Shown: one piece after another, positions 11,296 through 19,987 of the stretch
How the letters are laid out: every line of letters starts with the position of its first letter
Position numbering within the stretch: the first letter of the stretch is position 1
Assembly: GCA_016720545.1 (NCBI GenBank)
Contig: JADKKK010000003.1
Location: forward strand, 345,516-409,515
Direction: 5' to 3'
From: Myxococcales bacterium
GTDB taxonomy: Bacteria; Myxococcota_A; Polyangia; Polyangiales; Polyangiaceae
Length of the DNA stretch: 64,000 nucleotides
Notes under the pieces: model-generated
Databases searched by the model: none
What the model was told of the DNA's origin: nothing
What the model saw: only the letters and a program-made list of their open reading frames with translations
Position numbers and translations under genes: made by a program

Positions 11296-12723
11296 TTGAC
11301 TGCCCACGCTGGGATCAGAGCCTCAGGAGAGTGCCCCGTGTCCGACCCCGTGACCACTTCGCGTTCTGCCCGTGAATCCTTGGCTCGTGGCCTCGCCGCG
11401 CTCCAGGTCGACCCAAGCACTCCGCCCGCCATCCTCGAGATAGCAGAGCCCATCGCGCTCGCCATGGGCTCGCTCCACAAAATCGAGAGCTCGCAAGGGG
11501 CAGCGCTCGTGCCCAACGCGGAGACCGCGCTCGGTCACGTGCGGGCCGCGCTGTCGCAGCTCCAGGCGCAGACCTCCGGCCACCCCTCGGTGCCCAACGC
11601 CATGGAGGCGGTCGCGGCGTCGCTCGGCCTCGTGCACCAGCTCTCGAAGATGGTGACCGGGCCGTCGGTCGCGCCGGCCGCGCCGGCCGCGCCGGCCGCG
11701 CCCGTGCAAGTCGCCCCCGTCGCCCCCGCCGCCCCCACCGCCCCCGCCGCCCCCGCCGCCCCCGCCGCGGCAGCGGTCCCACGCCTCGGCACCCAGCCGC
11801 TCGCTCCGGCGATGGCCCCGCGGCCCGTGGCGGCCCCGCAAGCCCCGATGGCCCCGATGGCGCAAGCCCCGATGGCCCCGCAAGCCCCGATGGCCCCGCA
11901 AGCCCCGATGGCCCCGCAAGCCCCGATGGCCCCGCAAGCCCCGATGGCCCCGCAAGCCCCGACGGCCCCGCAAGCCCCGGCGTTCGCTCACCAGCCGGTG
12001 GCTCACCAGCCCGCTCCCCAGCAGGCCCCGCAGTTCGCCCCCCCGCCCGTGGCTCACCAGCCCGCTCCCCAGCAGGCCCCGCTGCAGGCGCCGCCGCAAG
12101 CGTTCGCGCCCCAGCCCATGGCCCAGCAGCCCGCGCCTCCGCAGGCGTTCGCGCCCCAGCCCGTCGCGGCCCCCCAGTTCGCTCCCGCGCAGCAGCCCGC
12201 TCCGCAGTTTGCCGCGCCTCCGCAGCAGCAGCCCACGCTGGCGCAGACCGTGGCGCTCGGCCAGCCCCAGCCCCAGGGTATGCAGCACACGCTCCCGGTA
12301 GCCCCCCAGGCCGCGCCGGACCCGTTCGCGGCGCCCCGCGGCTCCGCTCCCGCGCCTGCGCCCGCCGCCGCCGGAGGCCCAGGCCGGCCGGTGCCGGTGC
12401 TGAACGCCGACCTCGGCGCCCACAGCCCCACGAACTTCTACAAGGGGCTCTCGGGCAACGACGTCGTCGATCACGGCGGCCTGTTCGTTGCAACCTACAT
12501 GATCCCGAAGATCGGCAGCCCAGTGCGGCTGCACGTCTCGCTGCCCGGCGGGTATGAGTTCGACGCGGAGGCGATCGTGCGCTGGGCGCGGGACCAGGCC
12601 GGCAGCTCGGAGAGCGCGCTCCCCGGCTTCGGCGCGCAGTTCACGAACATCTCGCCGGAAGCGCGCCAGCTCATTTACCGCTACGTGCGCAACCGCGAGC
12701 CGCTCTTCCACGACGACCTGTAG
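11296..12723 (+). CDS. PilZ-domain protein with long Pro/Ala/Gln-rich low-complexity region, including 6 tandem PMAPQA hexapeptides
   Basis: Intact 475-aa ORF. C-terminal PilZ-like segment LHVSLPGGYEFDAEAIVRWARD...GFGAQFTNISPEARQLIYRYV. 18-bp DNA repeats at about 11848-11965. Confidence 0.7.
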   Translation: MTAHAGIRASGECPVSDPVTTSRSARESLARGLAALQVDPSTPPAILEIAEPIALAMGSLHKIESSQGAALVPNAETALGHVRAALSQLQAQTSGHPSVPNAMEAVAASLGLVHQLSKMVTGPSVAPAAPAAPAAPVQVAPVAPAAPTAPAAPAAPAAAAVPRLGTQPLAPAMAPRPVAAPQAPMAPMAQAPMAPQAPMAPQAPMAPQAPMAPQAPMAPQAPTAPQAPAFAHQPVAHQPAPQQAPQFAPPPVAHQPAPQQAPLQAPPQAFAPQPMAQQPAPPQAFAPQPVAAPQFAPAQQPAPQFAAPPQQQPTLAQTVALGQPQPQGMQHTLPVAPQAAPDPFAAPRGSAPAPAPAAAGGPGRPVPVLNADLGAHSPTNFYKGLSGNDVVDHGGLFVATYMIPKIGSPVRLHVSLPGGYEFDAEAIVRWARDQAGSSESALPGFGAQFTNISPEARQLIYRYVRNREPLFHDDL

Positions 12724-12754
12724 AGCACCCGTAGTTGCGTAGCAGGCGGCTCGA

Positions 12755-13204
12755 GTGAGCGTCCCGCGCCTCTCCCCGGCGGAGGCTCTGGCCCTATTGC
12801 ATGAGGGTTACACGTACCTGGACGTGCGCTCCGAGAGCGAGTTCGCCGAGGGCCACCCCGAGGGCGCGGTCAACGTGCCCTGGCGCGTGGACGGCCCGAT
12901 CGGCACCCTGCCGAACGAGGCCTTCCTCGACGTGGTCGCCCGCGCCTTCGGCGAGGAGGCGCGGCTCGTCGTGGGCTGCCACTCCGGCGGCCGCTCCCGG
13001 CAGGCCGCTGCGGCCCTCGCCGCCCAAGGGTTCCGCGCGATCGTCGAGCAACGCGCGGGCTGGGACGGCGCGCGCGGCGCGTTCGGCGAGATCGTCGAGC
13101 CCGGGTGGCGGCGCCAGGGTCTCACGCGCTCCACCGCGGGCACCTCGTACGCGGCGCTGCTCGCGTCCTTGGAGCGCGCGCTCCCCGTGGCGCCAGCCCC
13201 CTGA
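12755..13204 (+). CDS. Rhodanese-domain sulfurtransferase
   Basis: LDVRSESEFAEGHPEGAVNVP and catalytic-loop CHSGGRS. Intact. Confidence 0.8.
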   Translation: MSVPRLSPAEALALLHEGYTYLDVRSESEFAEGHPEGAVNVPWRVDGPIGTLPNEAFLDVVARAFGEEARLVVGCHSGGRSRQAAAALAAQGFRAIVEQRAGWDGARGAFGEIVEPGWRRQGLTRSTAGTSYAALLASLERALPVAPAP

Positions 13205-13243
13205 CGCGGCCTCAGCTCCGTGACGCCGTGCGCTCGCGGAGCC

Positions 13244-13861
13244 TCAGCGGCGGGCGCGCTCGTAGTCGGCTGCCGCGCGCTCGACCACCGCGAGGTCGCG
13301 CGCGCTGCGTTCGGCCTCCGCCACGAGGTCGGCCGTGAACATGGTGAGCCCCCAAATGCCGTTGTCGCGCCTACGAAACGCGTACCGCGTGCCGCGCGCC
13401 GTGACGACGCTCGCGCGCTCGCCCTGCTCCTCGACCGAGACCGCGCCCGACAGATCACGCCGGAGGCGGCGGTCCCAACCGCGCTCCTTCGCGTACAGGG
13501 TGAAGACGTCCGCGCCGTCGGCCGCGGCCGCATAGCGCGCGTAGTCGCGCTCGAGGGCGCCACGCTCCCCGTCCGGATACCAGCGCCGCGCGAGGGCGAG
13601 CGCCTTCCTCCGGTTCTCTCCCACCGTGAAGCAGGCCCACTGAGCCTCGGTCTCGAGGTAGGGAAACGCCACCTGGATCTGCCCGTCGGTCAGGCCGTGG
13701 GCGATGCGTACGTACGCCCCCTCGGGGGTGCGATCCGAGGGGAAGGGCCGGTGCACTTTGGCGACGACGCCCGCCGCCACGACCGCGACGAGCACCGCGA
13801 CGAGCGCGACGCGCCGCGCGCCCGACGCACCTCGCGGTCTCGCCTCCTCGCTCGGGCCCAT
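13244..13861 (-). CDS. Hypothetical signal-anchored protein (205 aa)
   Basis: Intact ORF with N-terminal basic segment then a hydrophobic helix VALVAVLVAVVAAGVV. Protein-like composition downstream. Confidence 0.55.
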   Translation of the reverse strand: MGPSEEARPRGASGARRVALVAVLVAVVAAGVVAKVHRPFPSDRTPEGAYVRIAHGLTDGQIQVAFPYLETEAQWACFTVGENRRKALALARRWYPDGERGALERDYARYAAAADGADVFTLYAKERGWDRRLRRDLSGAVSVEEQGERASVVTARGTRYAFRRRDNGIWGLTMFTADLVAEAERSARDLAVVERAAADYERARR

Positions 13862-13954
13862 GCGCGCCCGACGCTAGCACCTTCGCGGGCGGGTCGTCCC
13901 CTGGAGGCCGCAGAGCGGTCGCGGCGCGCGGCCGGCTTCGAGTACCCTGCGACC

Positions 13955-14926
13955 TTGCCGCTCGCTCCACTGCGCACGCGTTTTGCGCCCTCGCCCACGG
14001 GGGATCTGCACCTCGGCGGGCTCCTCTGCGCGCTCGTGTCGTTCGCGCTCGCCCGCGCCTCGGGCGGCGCCTTCGTGCTGCGGATGGAGGACCTCGACGC
14101 TCCCCGAACGGTGAAGGGCAGCGCCGCCCGCATCGAGGCCGATCTCGCGCGGCTGGGTCTGGCCTGGGACGAGCCCGCGGCGGACGGCGCCGGGCTCCAT
14201 GCGCCCTACACGCAATCGGCCCGAGGCCCGCTGTACGAGGCGGCGCTGACCACGCTGGGCGAGGTCACGTACCCGTGCGACTGCTCCCGCTCCGAGCTGC
14301 TCGCGGCGAGCGCTCCACACGCGGGCGAGGACCGCGTCTACCCCGGCACCTGTCGGGAAAAAGATCCCGCGCGCGTGATGCGACGGCCACCCGCGCAGCG
14401 GCTCCGCGTCCCGGAGGGCGCGGTCGTCGAGCTCGTCGACCTCGCCGCGGGAACGCTCACGCAAGACGTCGGGCGCGAGGTGGGCGATTTCGTGCTGCGG
14501 CGTGGAGACGGCGTCTTCTCCTACCAGCTCGCCTGTGCGCTCGACGACCACGCGATGGCGATCGATCTCGTCGTCCGCGGGCGCGATCTCCTGACCTCCA
14601 CGCCCCGGCAGCTCCTGCTCGGGCGGCTCCTCGGCGCGCGCGCGGCGCCGCGCACGCTCCACGTGCCGCTGCTGGTGAACGGCTCCGGCGAGCGGCTGGC
14701 GAAGCGCACCGGCGGCATCGCGGTCCGCGAGCTGCTCGCGCGCGGCGTGCCGATGGAGGCGCTGTTCGGCGTGCTCGCCCACGCGGCGCGCCTCGCGACG
14801 ACGCCCGGCCCGCTCACGCTCGACGAGGTCGTCTCCCGCGCGGCCGCTCGCCTGCCCGCGCTGCTCCGCGGGGAGGTGCCCCTACCGGAGCGCGCGACAG
14901 TGCCCGACGCGCTCCAGGGGTGCTGA
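13955..14926 (+). CDS. gluQ: Glutamyl-Q tRNA(Asp) synthetase (YadB)
   Basis: TTG start gives MPLAPLRTRFAPSPTGDLHLGG (class I HIGH-type motif). Also YPCDCSRSE, YPGTCR and LAKR (KMSK-like). The 568-aa listed ORF is a fusion with the antisense of the upstream gene. Confidence 0.8.
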   Translation: MPLAPLRTRFAPSPTGDLHLGGLLCALVSFALARASGGAFVLRMEDLDAPRTVKGSAARIEADLARLGLAWDEPAADGAGLHAPYTQSARGPLYEAALTTLGEVTYPCDCSRSELLAASAPHAGEDRVYPGTCREKDPARVMRRPPAQRLRVPEGAVVELVDLAAGTLTQDVGREVGDFVLRRGDGVFSYQLACALDDHAMAIDLVVRGRDLLTSTPRQLLLGRLLGARAAPRTLHVPLLVNGSGERLAKRTGGIAVRELLARGVPMEALFGVLAHAARLATTPGPLTLDEVVSRAAARLPALLRGEVPLPERATVPDALQGC

Positions 14927-14936
14927 GCGGGCCGGC

Positions 14937-15097
14937 CTAGAGCGCCGAACCGCTTGATGACCGAGGATTTTCGCCGAGTTGCGAGCCGTGCGAGGCGCGA
15001 CGACGAGTCCTACTGCTGCTAGGCGAGGAGGAGCAACGAAAGTACGGCGACGTAAATCGGCGAAAAGCCGACCGAATCAAGCGGTTCGGCGCTCTAG
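14937..15097. repeat. 160-bp palindromic MITE/REP-like element with 22-bp perfect terminal inverted repeats (CTAGAGCGCCGAACCGCTTGAT / ATCAAGCGGTTCGGCGCTCTAG). Lies between convergent gluQ and the kinase gene.
   Basis: Seen directly. Internal complementarity (TTTTCGCCGA / TCGGCGAAAA). A second copy of the right half is at 55470-55548. Confidence 0.7.
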
Positions 15098-15098
15098 G

Positions 15099-16337
15099 TC
15101 AGCGGAGCCCGAGCGCTACGCCGACGACCACGCTCCCGCCGACCACGATGATCCACGCGAGCGTCCAGCCGAGCGCCCGACGCGGCGGAGTGACGGGCCG
15201 CTTCGACACGGTCTGCGACACCCGCGACCGGCTCGGGCGCTCGCGATCGGCGTCGCCCGTGCGGCGGCTATTCGGGGGGCGCGGCGAGAGCGAGGGCTCG
15301 GTGGTGCTCGCTTCGGCGGCGAACGGACCGGCGCTCGACGGCGTCGGCCCCGTGCGCTTGGTCTCGGGCACCGGCTCCTCGGGCGCCGGAGCCGGCGGGG
15401 TCTCCGGCGGGAGCGCGGCGCGCTCGGGCACGTCGTCGGGCTCGTCGGGGAAGATCTCGGCGCGCTCGAGCGAGGCCCGCATGGCGCCGGCCGACGAGTA
15501 GCGGTTGTTCGGGTCCTTCGACAGCGCGCGGAGCACGATCGCGGTCACGGCGGGCGAGAGGCCAGGCACCTTCGCCGCGGGCGAGGGCGGCGGCTCGGTG
15601 AGGTGGGCCGTGAGCACGGCGAGCGGCGTCTCCCCGCCGAAGGGAAGGGCGCCGGTGAGCATTTCGTAGAGCATCACCCCGCACGCGTAGAGATCGCACC
15701 GGCCGTCGAGCTCGTCGCCTTGGGCTTGCTCCGGAGACATGTACTCCGGCGTGCCAAACACCATGTTGAGGGTGGTGAGGTTGGTCGTCCCGGTGCCGCT
15801 GCCGCCGTTGACGATCTTCGAGAGGCCGAAGTCGACGACGGTGGCCCGCTCGGCGGCGTCGACGAGCACGTTGTGCGGCTTCAGGTCGCGGTGGATCACC
15901 CCCTGTCCGTGAGCGCACTCGAGCGCCTCGAGCACCTGCTTGGCGATGGCCACTGCGCGCGCCTCCGGGAGCTTGCCGTCTGCGATGAGTCGGTCGAGCG
16001 GCCGGCCATCGATGCGGGGCAGCGCGAGGCAGAGGAGGGGCACGCCGCCGGCCGGGTTCTCGACCTCGCCGACCTCGAGGATGCGGCACACGTGCGGCCC
16101 TTCGAGGCGGCGCAGGATGGCGCCCTCGCGCATGAAACGCCCGCGGATCTGCACCTCGCTCGCGAGGTGAGGGTGCATGACCTTGAGCGCGACGGACTCG
16201 CCGCTCGCGGTATCGCGTGCAGAATACACGACGCCCGTGCCGCCTTCGCCAAGTACGCCTTCGACCTCGTACTTGCCGAGCACGACCGCGCCCCGCCGGA
16301 GGCGCTCTTCGCTGGTGGTGCTCGCCGGGCCGTCCAT
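15099..16337 (-). CDS. Ser/Thr protein kinase with C-terminal TM anchor
   Basis: GEGGTGVVY, VALKVM, HRDLKPHNVLV, DFGLS, GTPEYMSPE. C-terminal WTLAWIIVVGGSVVVGVALGL. Confidence 0.9.
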   Translation of the reverse strand: MDGPASTTSEERLRRGAVVLGKYEVEGVLGEGGTGVVYSARDTASGESVALKVMHPHLASEVQIRGRFMREGAILRRLEGPHVCRILEVGEVENPAGGVPLLCLALPRIDGRPLDRLIADGKLPEARAVAIAKQVLEALECAHGQGVIHRDLKPHNVLVDAAERATVVDFGLSKIVNGGSGTGTTNLTTLNMVFGTPEYMSPEQAQGDELDGRCDLYACGVMLYEMLTGALPFGGETPLAVLTAHLTEPPPSPAAKVPGLSPAVTAIVLRALSKDPNNRYSSAGAMRASLERAEIFPDEPDDVPERAALPPETPPAPAPEEPVPETKRTGPTPSSAGPFAAEASTTEPSLSPRPPNSRRTGDADRERPSRSRVSQTVSKRPVTPPRRALGWTLAWIIVVGGSVVVGVALGLR

Positions 16338-16501
16338 CGCCGCGGCAGGATACCCGACACGCGAGCGGGCGCGAGCCTGGCGCTCCGTGCGCCAACGGTG
16401 CGTTACCCCGCACTTCCTGCGCCGCCCTCGGAGGAGCCCCGGGGCGCCCTCTCAGGTATCCGCGGGCCGCCGCTTGTCACGCGCCTTGCTTGGGTTGGTT
16501 C

Positions 16502-17839
16502 ATGGGCGACCGCTCGGCTCGCGTGCTCCATCTCGCCGTCTTGGCCGTGGTCCTCGCGACTTCGCAGGCGGGGCGCGGAGCTCCCCCCACCGACGCGTGC
16601 TCGCTGCGCGGCGCCGCGGGCGCCCGGGAGAGCGCCTCGCCGCTCGCCTGGCCGCTCGCGGTGACCCCCGCCTTCGCCGAGCCGAGAGGCGGCGCCCCGA
16701 CGCCCGACGAGCTCGCCGGCGGGTGGACGGGCACGGCCTCAATCACCGCGGCGCGGAGCCCGATGAAGCCCGTGGAGAGCGCGATGGCGCCCCACCTCGG
16801 GGTCGCGAGGGACATCGAAGCGGAGGCGAGCGCGTCGAGCGCCGGGGCGACCTTTGCGTTCGGAGGAAAAGGAAGCGCGTGGAGCTGCCCCTTCACGCTG
16901 GCCCGCGGGACGCTCAGCTGCACGACGCAGGTCTACGGCTACCGCATGACGATGACCGGCGCGCTCACGCGGTCGGGCGGCACGCTCCGGGTGAGCGGCG
17001 CCTGGAGCGCCTCGCAGCCCATGCTCACGCTGCGCGGCTCGTGGAGCCTGGAGAAGCCCTCGAGCGACGTGGAGATCGAGCTGCTCCACCCCGCCGGCCG
17101 GAGCCCGAGGGTCTTCACGTCGGGCTGGCTCTTTGGCGCGCGCTGCGTTCGCGGGAAGGGCACGCCCCGCGAGGTCGACCTCACGGCGGAGGTCGAGTGG
17201 GGTGGCACCGCCACGTTCACGCCGCCGCGCGGGACGCCCGTCCGCCCGCGCTTCGCGACCACGGGCAAGAACAAGCTCACCCTCACCTGCGACGGCGCCA
17301 AGAAGACCTTCGTGATCGAGACGGTCGGCACCGCCCGCTTCGCGCGGATGGGTCACTTGGCCTCCGCCCCTGCTGACGCGCACGGCTGCGGGGCCTGCCC
17401 ACACCCCGCGGTGACGGGGCCGATCGTCCAGGGGAGCCCATCCGTGCTCATCGACGGCTTCCCTGCCGCGCGCGTCGGCGACTACGGAGTGCACGCCGCG
17501 TGCTGCGGCGCCAACACGTTCCGTGTCGCCGCCGGCAACGACCACGGCGTGCTGATCGACGGTCGCCCCGCGACGACGATGGGCGCGCGTACGGTGCACT
17601 GCGGCGGGACCGGGAAGATCATCGAGGGCGCTGCGGGCAACTACGAGCCGCCATCGTTCGCCGAGGAGGCCAGCGGCGGCTTCTTTGGGGTCCCGAGCCC
17701 CGCGCCAGCGCGCGCGCCGGCGACGAGGCCACGCGCCACGGCGTCGTCCACGACGTCGACCGCAGTCGAGCCGCCGGTGGCGGCCGACGTGAAGCTCGAC
17801 GCGCCGGCCCCCGAGGACCTCGCGGCGCAGCGAGCGTGA
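16502..17839 (+). CDS. Secreted protein with C-terminal PAAR-like domain
   Basis: Signal peptide MGDRSARVLHLAVLAVVLATSQA. C-terminal half has two PAAR-type repeats: GPIVQGSPSVLIDGFPAARVGDYGVHAACCG and DHGVLIDGRPATTMGARTVHCGGTGKIIEGAAGN. Confidence 0.65.
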   Translation: MGDRSARVLHLAVLAVVLATSQAGRGAPPTDACSLRGAAGARESASPLAWPLAVTPAFAEPRGGAPTPDELAGGWTGTASITAARSPMKPVESAMAPHLGVARDIEAEASASSAGATFAFGGKGSAWSCPFTLARGTLSCTTQVYGYRMTMTGALTRSGGTLRVSGAWSASQPMLTLRGSWSLEKPSSDVEIELLHPAGRSPRVFTSGWLFGARCVRGKGTPREVDLTAEVEWGGTATFTPPRGTPVRPRFATTGKNKLTLTCDGAKKTFVIETVGTARFARMGHLASAPADAHGCGACPHPAVTGPIVQGSPSVLIDGFPAARVGDYGVHAACCGANTFRVAAGNDHGVLIDGRPATTMGARTVHCGGTGKIIEGAAGNYEPPSFAEEASGGFFGVPSPAPARAPATRPRATASSTTSTAVEPPVAADVKLDAPAPEDLAAQRA

Positions 17840-18423
17840 CGCTGCGCACCGAGCCTGGTGCGACGCGGGTCGTCCGCAACACGCCCGACGGCGCGGCGAG
17901 CCCCGCCTCCGCCATCGCCGTCCTGCCATCGTCGGGAGTCACGAGACGCCCGGAGGGGACGATCCACCTGACGCGGGGCGCGATCGTGGTCACCACGTTG
18001 CCCCCGGCCAAGCAGCTCATCGAGACCGACGCGGGCACGGTGGAGCTCGGCTCGCAGGCGCGCGTCGCGCTAGTCGACGGCGCCGTGGACGTGGCGCTGC
18101 TGGCAGGGAACGCCACACTCCGACCGCGAAGTGGGCCCGAGCTCCGGCTCTCCGCGGGGCAGTCGGTCCGCTTCACAGCGAAGGGGGCGATGGCCCCGCC
18201 GGCGGCGATGTCGCCCACGGAGGTCGGCGACGCCGTGCGCGCCCTGGTCGACCCCAAGGCGGCCGCGGCGACGGCCGGCTCCGAGGAGGAGCTCCACCCG
18301 CTCCTGCGCGACCGGCGGCTGTGGATGGCCCTCGGCGCCGGGGTGGCGATCGCCGCAGCCGTCATGGCGGCGGTGGTGCTCGCCCTCGCGAGCAGGCGCA
18401 AGGGCGGACCCGCGGCCCGGTGA
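17836..18423 (+). CDS. FecR-like beta-sandwich protein with C-terminal TM helix; GTG start overlaps upstream stop
   Basis: LIETDAGTVELGSQARVALVDGAVDVALLAGNATLRPRSGPELRLSAGQSV resembles a FecR domain. C-terminal RLWMALGAGVAIAAAVMAAVVLALASRRKG. Confidence 0.5.
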   Translation: MTLRTEPGATRVVRNTPDGAASPASAIAVLPSSGVTRRPEGTIHLTRGAIVVTTLPPAKQLIETDAGTVELGSQARVALVDGAVDVALLAGNATLRPRSGPELRLSAGQSVRFTAKGAMAPPAAMSPTEVGDAVRALVDPKAAAATAGSEEELHPLLRDRRLWMALGAGVAIAAAVMAAVVLALASRRKGGPAAR

Positions 18424-18483
18424 GACCCGTGGTGATCGAGCGATGCAGGTTGACACCCGCGCTCAGACTGCAACCTTCTGCGG

Positions 18484-19897
18484 ATGCGCCTCCGCACGCC
18501 CGCTCTTCCGCCTCGCTTGCCACGCTTGCCACGCTTGCCACGCTTGCCACGCTTGCCACGCGCCCTCGGCGCGCTCGGCTTCGCGGCGGCCGTCACCTCC
18601 TCCGCGACCCTCGCCCGCGCCGCCACGCTGGAGGTAGGGCCGGGCAAGCAGTACGCGGAGCTGTCGGCCATCGCCCGCATCGTGAAGCCGGGCGACGTCG
18701 TGGAGGTGCAGGGCGACCACACCTACGCGCCCGTCGAGTTCAACGTGAACGCCACGCAGGCGGCGCCGATCACCATCCGCGGGGTCCGCGTGAACGGCAA
18801 GCGCCCGATCGTGAAGGGCGGCGAGAACACGGTGCTCTTGCACGGAAACTTCTACACTTTCGAGGGCTTCGAGGTCACGGGCGGCACCGGAATCTGCGTG
18901 GTCCACAGCGCCAACGGGGTAACCCTCCGCGACGACGTGATCCACGACTGCCCGCGCCACGGCATCCTCGGGACCGACAGCGAGGCCGGCTCGCTCCTGA
19001 TGGAGTACGTGGAGGTGTACGCGGCCGGCAGCGAGCGCGCCGGCGAGGCGCTGAAGCACCCGGTGTACATCGCGACCAACGAGAGGATGTACCCGAAGTC
19101 GGTCTTCCGCATGCAGCACTGCTACGTGCATGACGCGAACGGCGGCAACTCGGTCAAGTCGCGCGCCGAGCGCAACGAGATCTACGGCAACTGGCTCGAG
19201 GGCGCGCAGTACTACGAGCTCGAGCTGATCGGCCCCGACGACGACAGCGGCGACACGGTCACCGCCCCGCGCGAAGACGGGGACGTCGTGGGCAACGTGC
19301 TCCTCCAGACCAAGTCGACCTCGTACGTCGTGCGCGTCGGCGGCGACGGCACGGGCCGCACTGGCGGGCGCTACCGCTTCGTGAACAACACGTTCATCGT
19401 CGGCAGTCACGCGAACAACGCGGGCGCGATGCGGGCCTCGTACGCGCTCGACTCGCTCGAGCTCTACAACAACGTCTTCTCCAGGGCCTCCGGCCGGATG
19501 GACTACCTCGTCCGCGAGACCGATCTCACCTGGATCGCGGGCCGCCAAATCGCCGGCGCGAACAACTACATCACCCAGGGCTCGGGCAACATCCCCGCTA
19601 CCCTCACCGGGAACATCTTGGGCACCAACCCGGATTCGTGGACCTCGCGAAGAAGGACCTGCGCCTCGCCGCCCCCCCGCGCCGGGTACGCCCGAGCCGC
19701 CGCCCGGGGTGGTGCCCGGATTGCCGGGGCTGCCGGGGGCGAGCGACGACGGGGGACCCGGCAGCACGGCCACCACGAGCTCGGGATGCGGCTGCGGCGC
19801 GGTGGGCACTCCAACCCACTCGCTGCTCGCCGGGGCAAGCCTCGTCGCAGCGCTTGGACTGCTCAGCCGCGCGCGCGCGCGGCGACGCGGTCGCTGA
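18484..19897 (+). pseudogene. Right-handed parallel beta-helix (pectate-lyase-fold) surface protein with MYXO-CTERM sorting signal; frameshifted near the 3' end
   Basis: Signal ...ALGALGFAAAVTSSATLARA. Beta-helix repeats (NTVLLHGNFYTFEGFEVTGG, GICVVHSANGVTLRDDVIHDC, HCYVHDANGGNSV). Tail in another frame [45 protein letters not shown] is a MYXO-CTERM-like GCGC-TM-Arg cluster. Confidence 0.65.
18497..18541. repeat. Perfect 9-bp tandem repeat (CTTGCCACG) x5 at the extreme 5' end or start region of the beta-helix gene
   Basis: Seen directly. Encodes LPRLPRLPRLPRLPR in the gene frame. Confidence 0.9.
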
Positions 19898-19987
19898 CAG
19901 ACTCCGAGCCCTGCCCGGTGCCGCGGCTCGTGCCACGTGGGCCGCTCGGGTCTTGCGCACTCGGGCGCATCGGCCATACTCCGCCGA

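Noticed and set aside
14979-16664. 561-aa plus-strand ORF
   Set aside because: Antisense of the Ser/Thr kinase gene with RG-rich junk composition. The kinase on the minus strand has all catalytic motifs.
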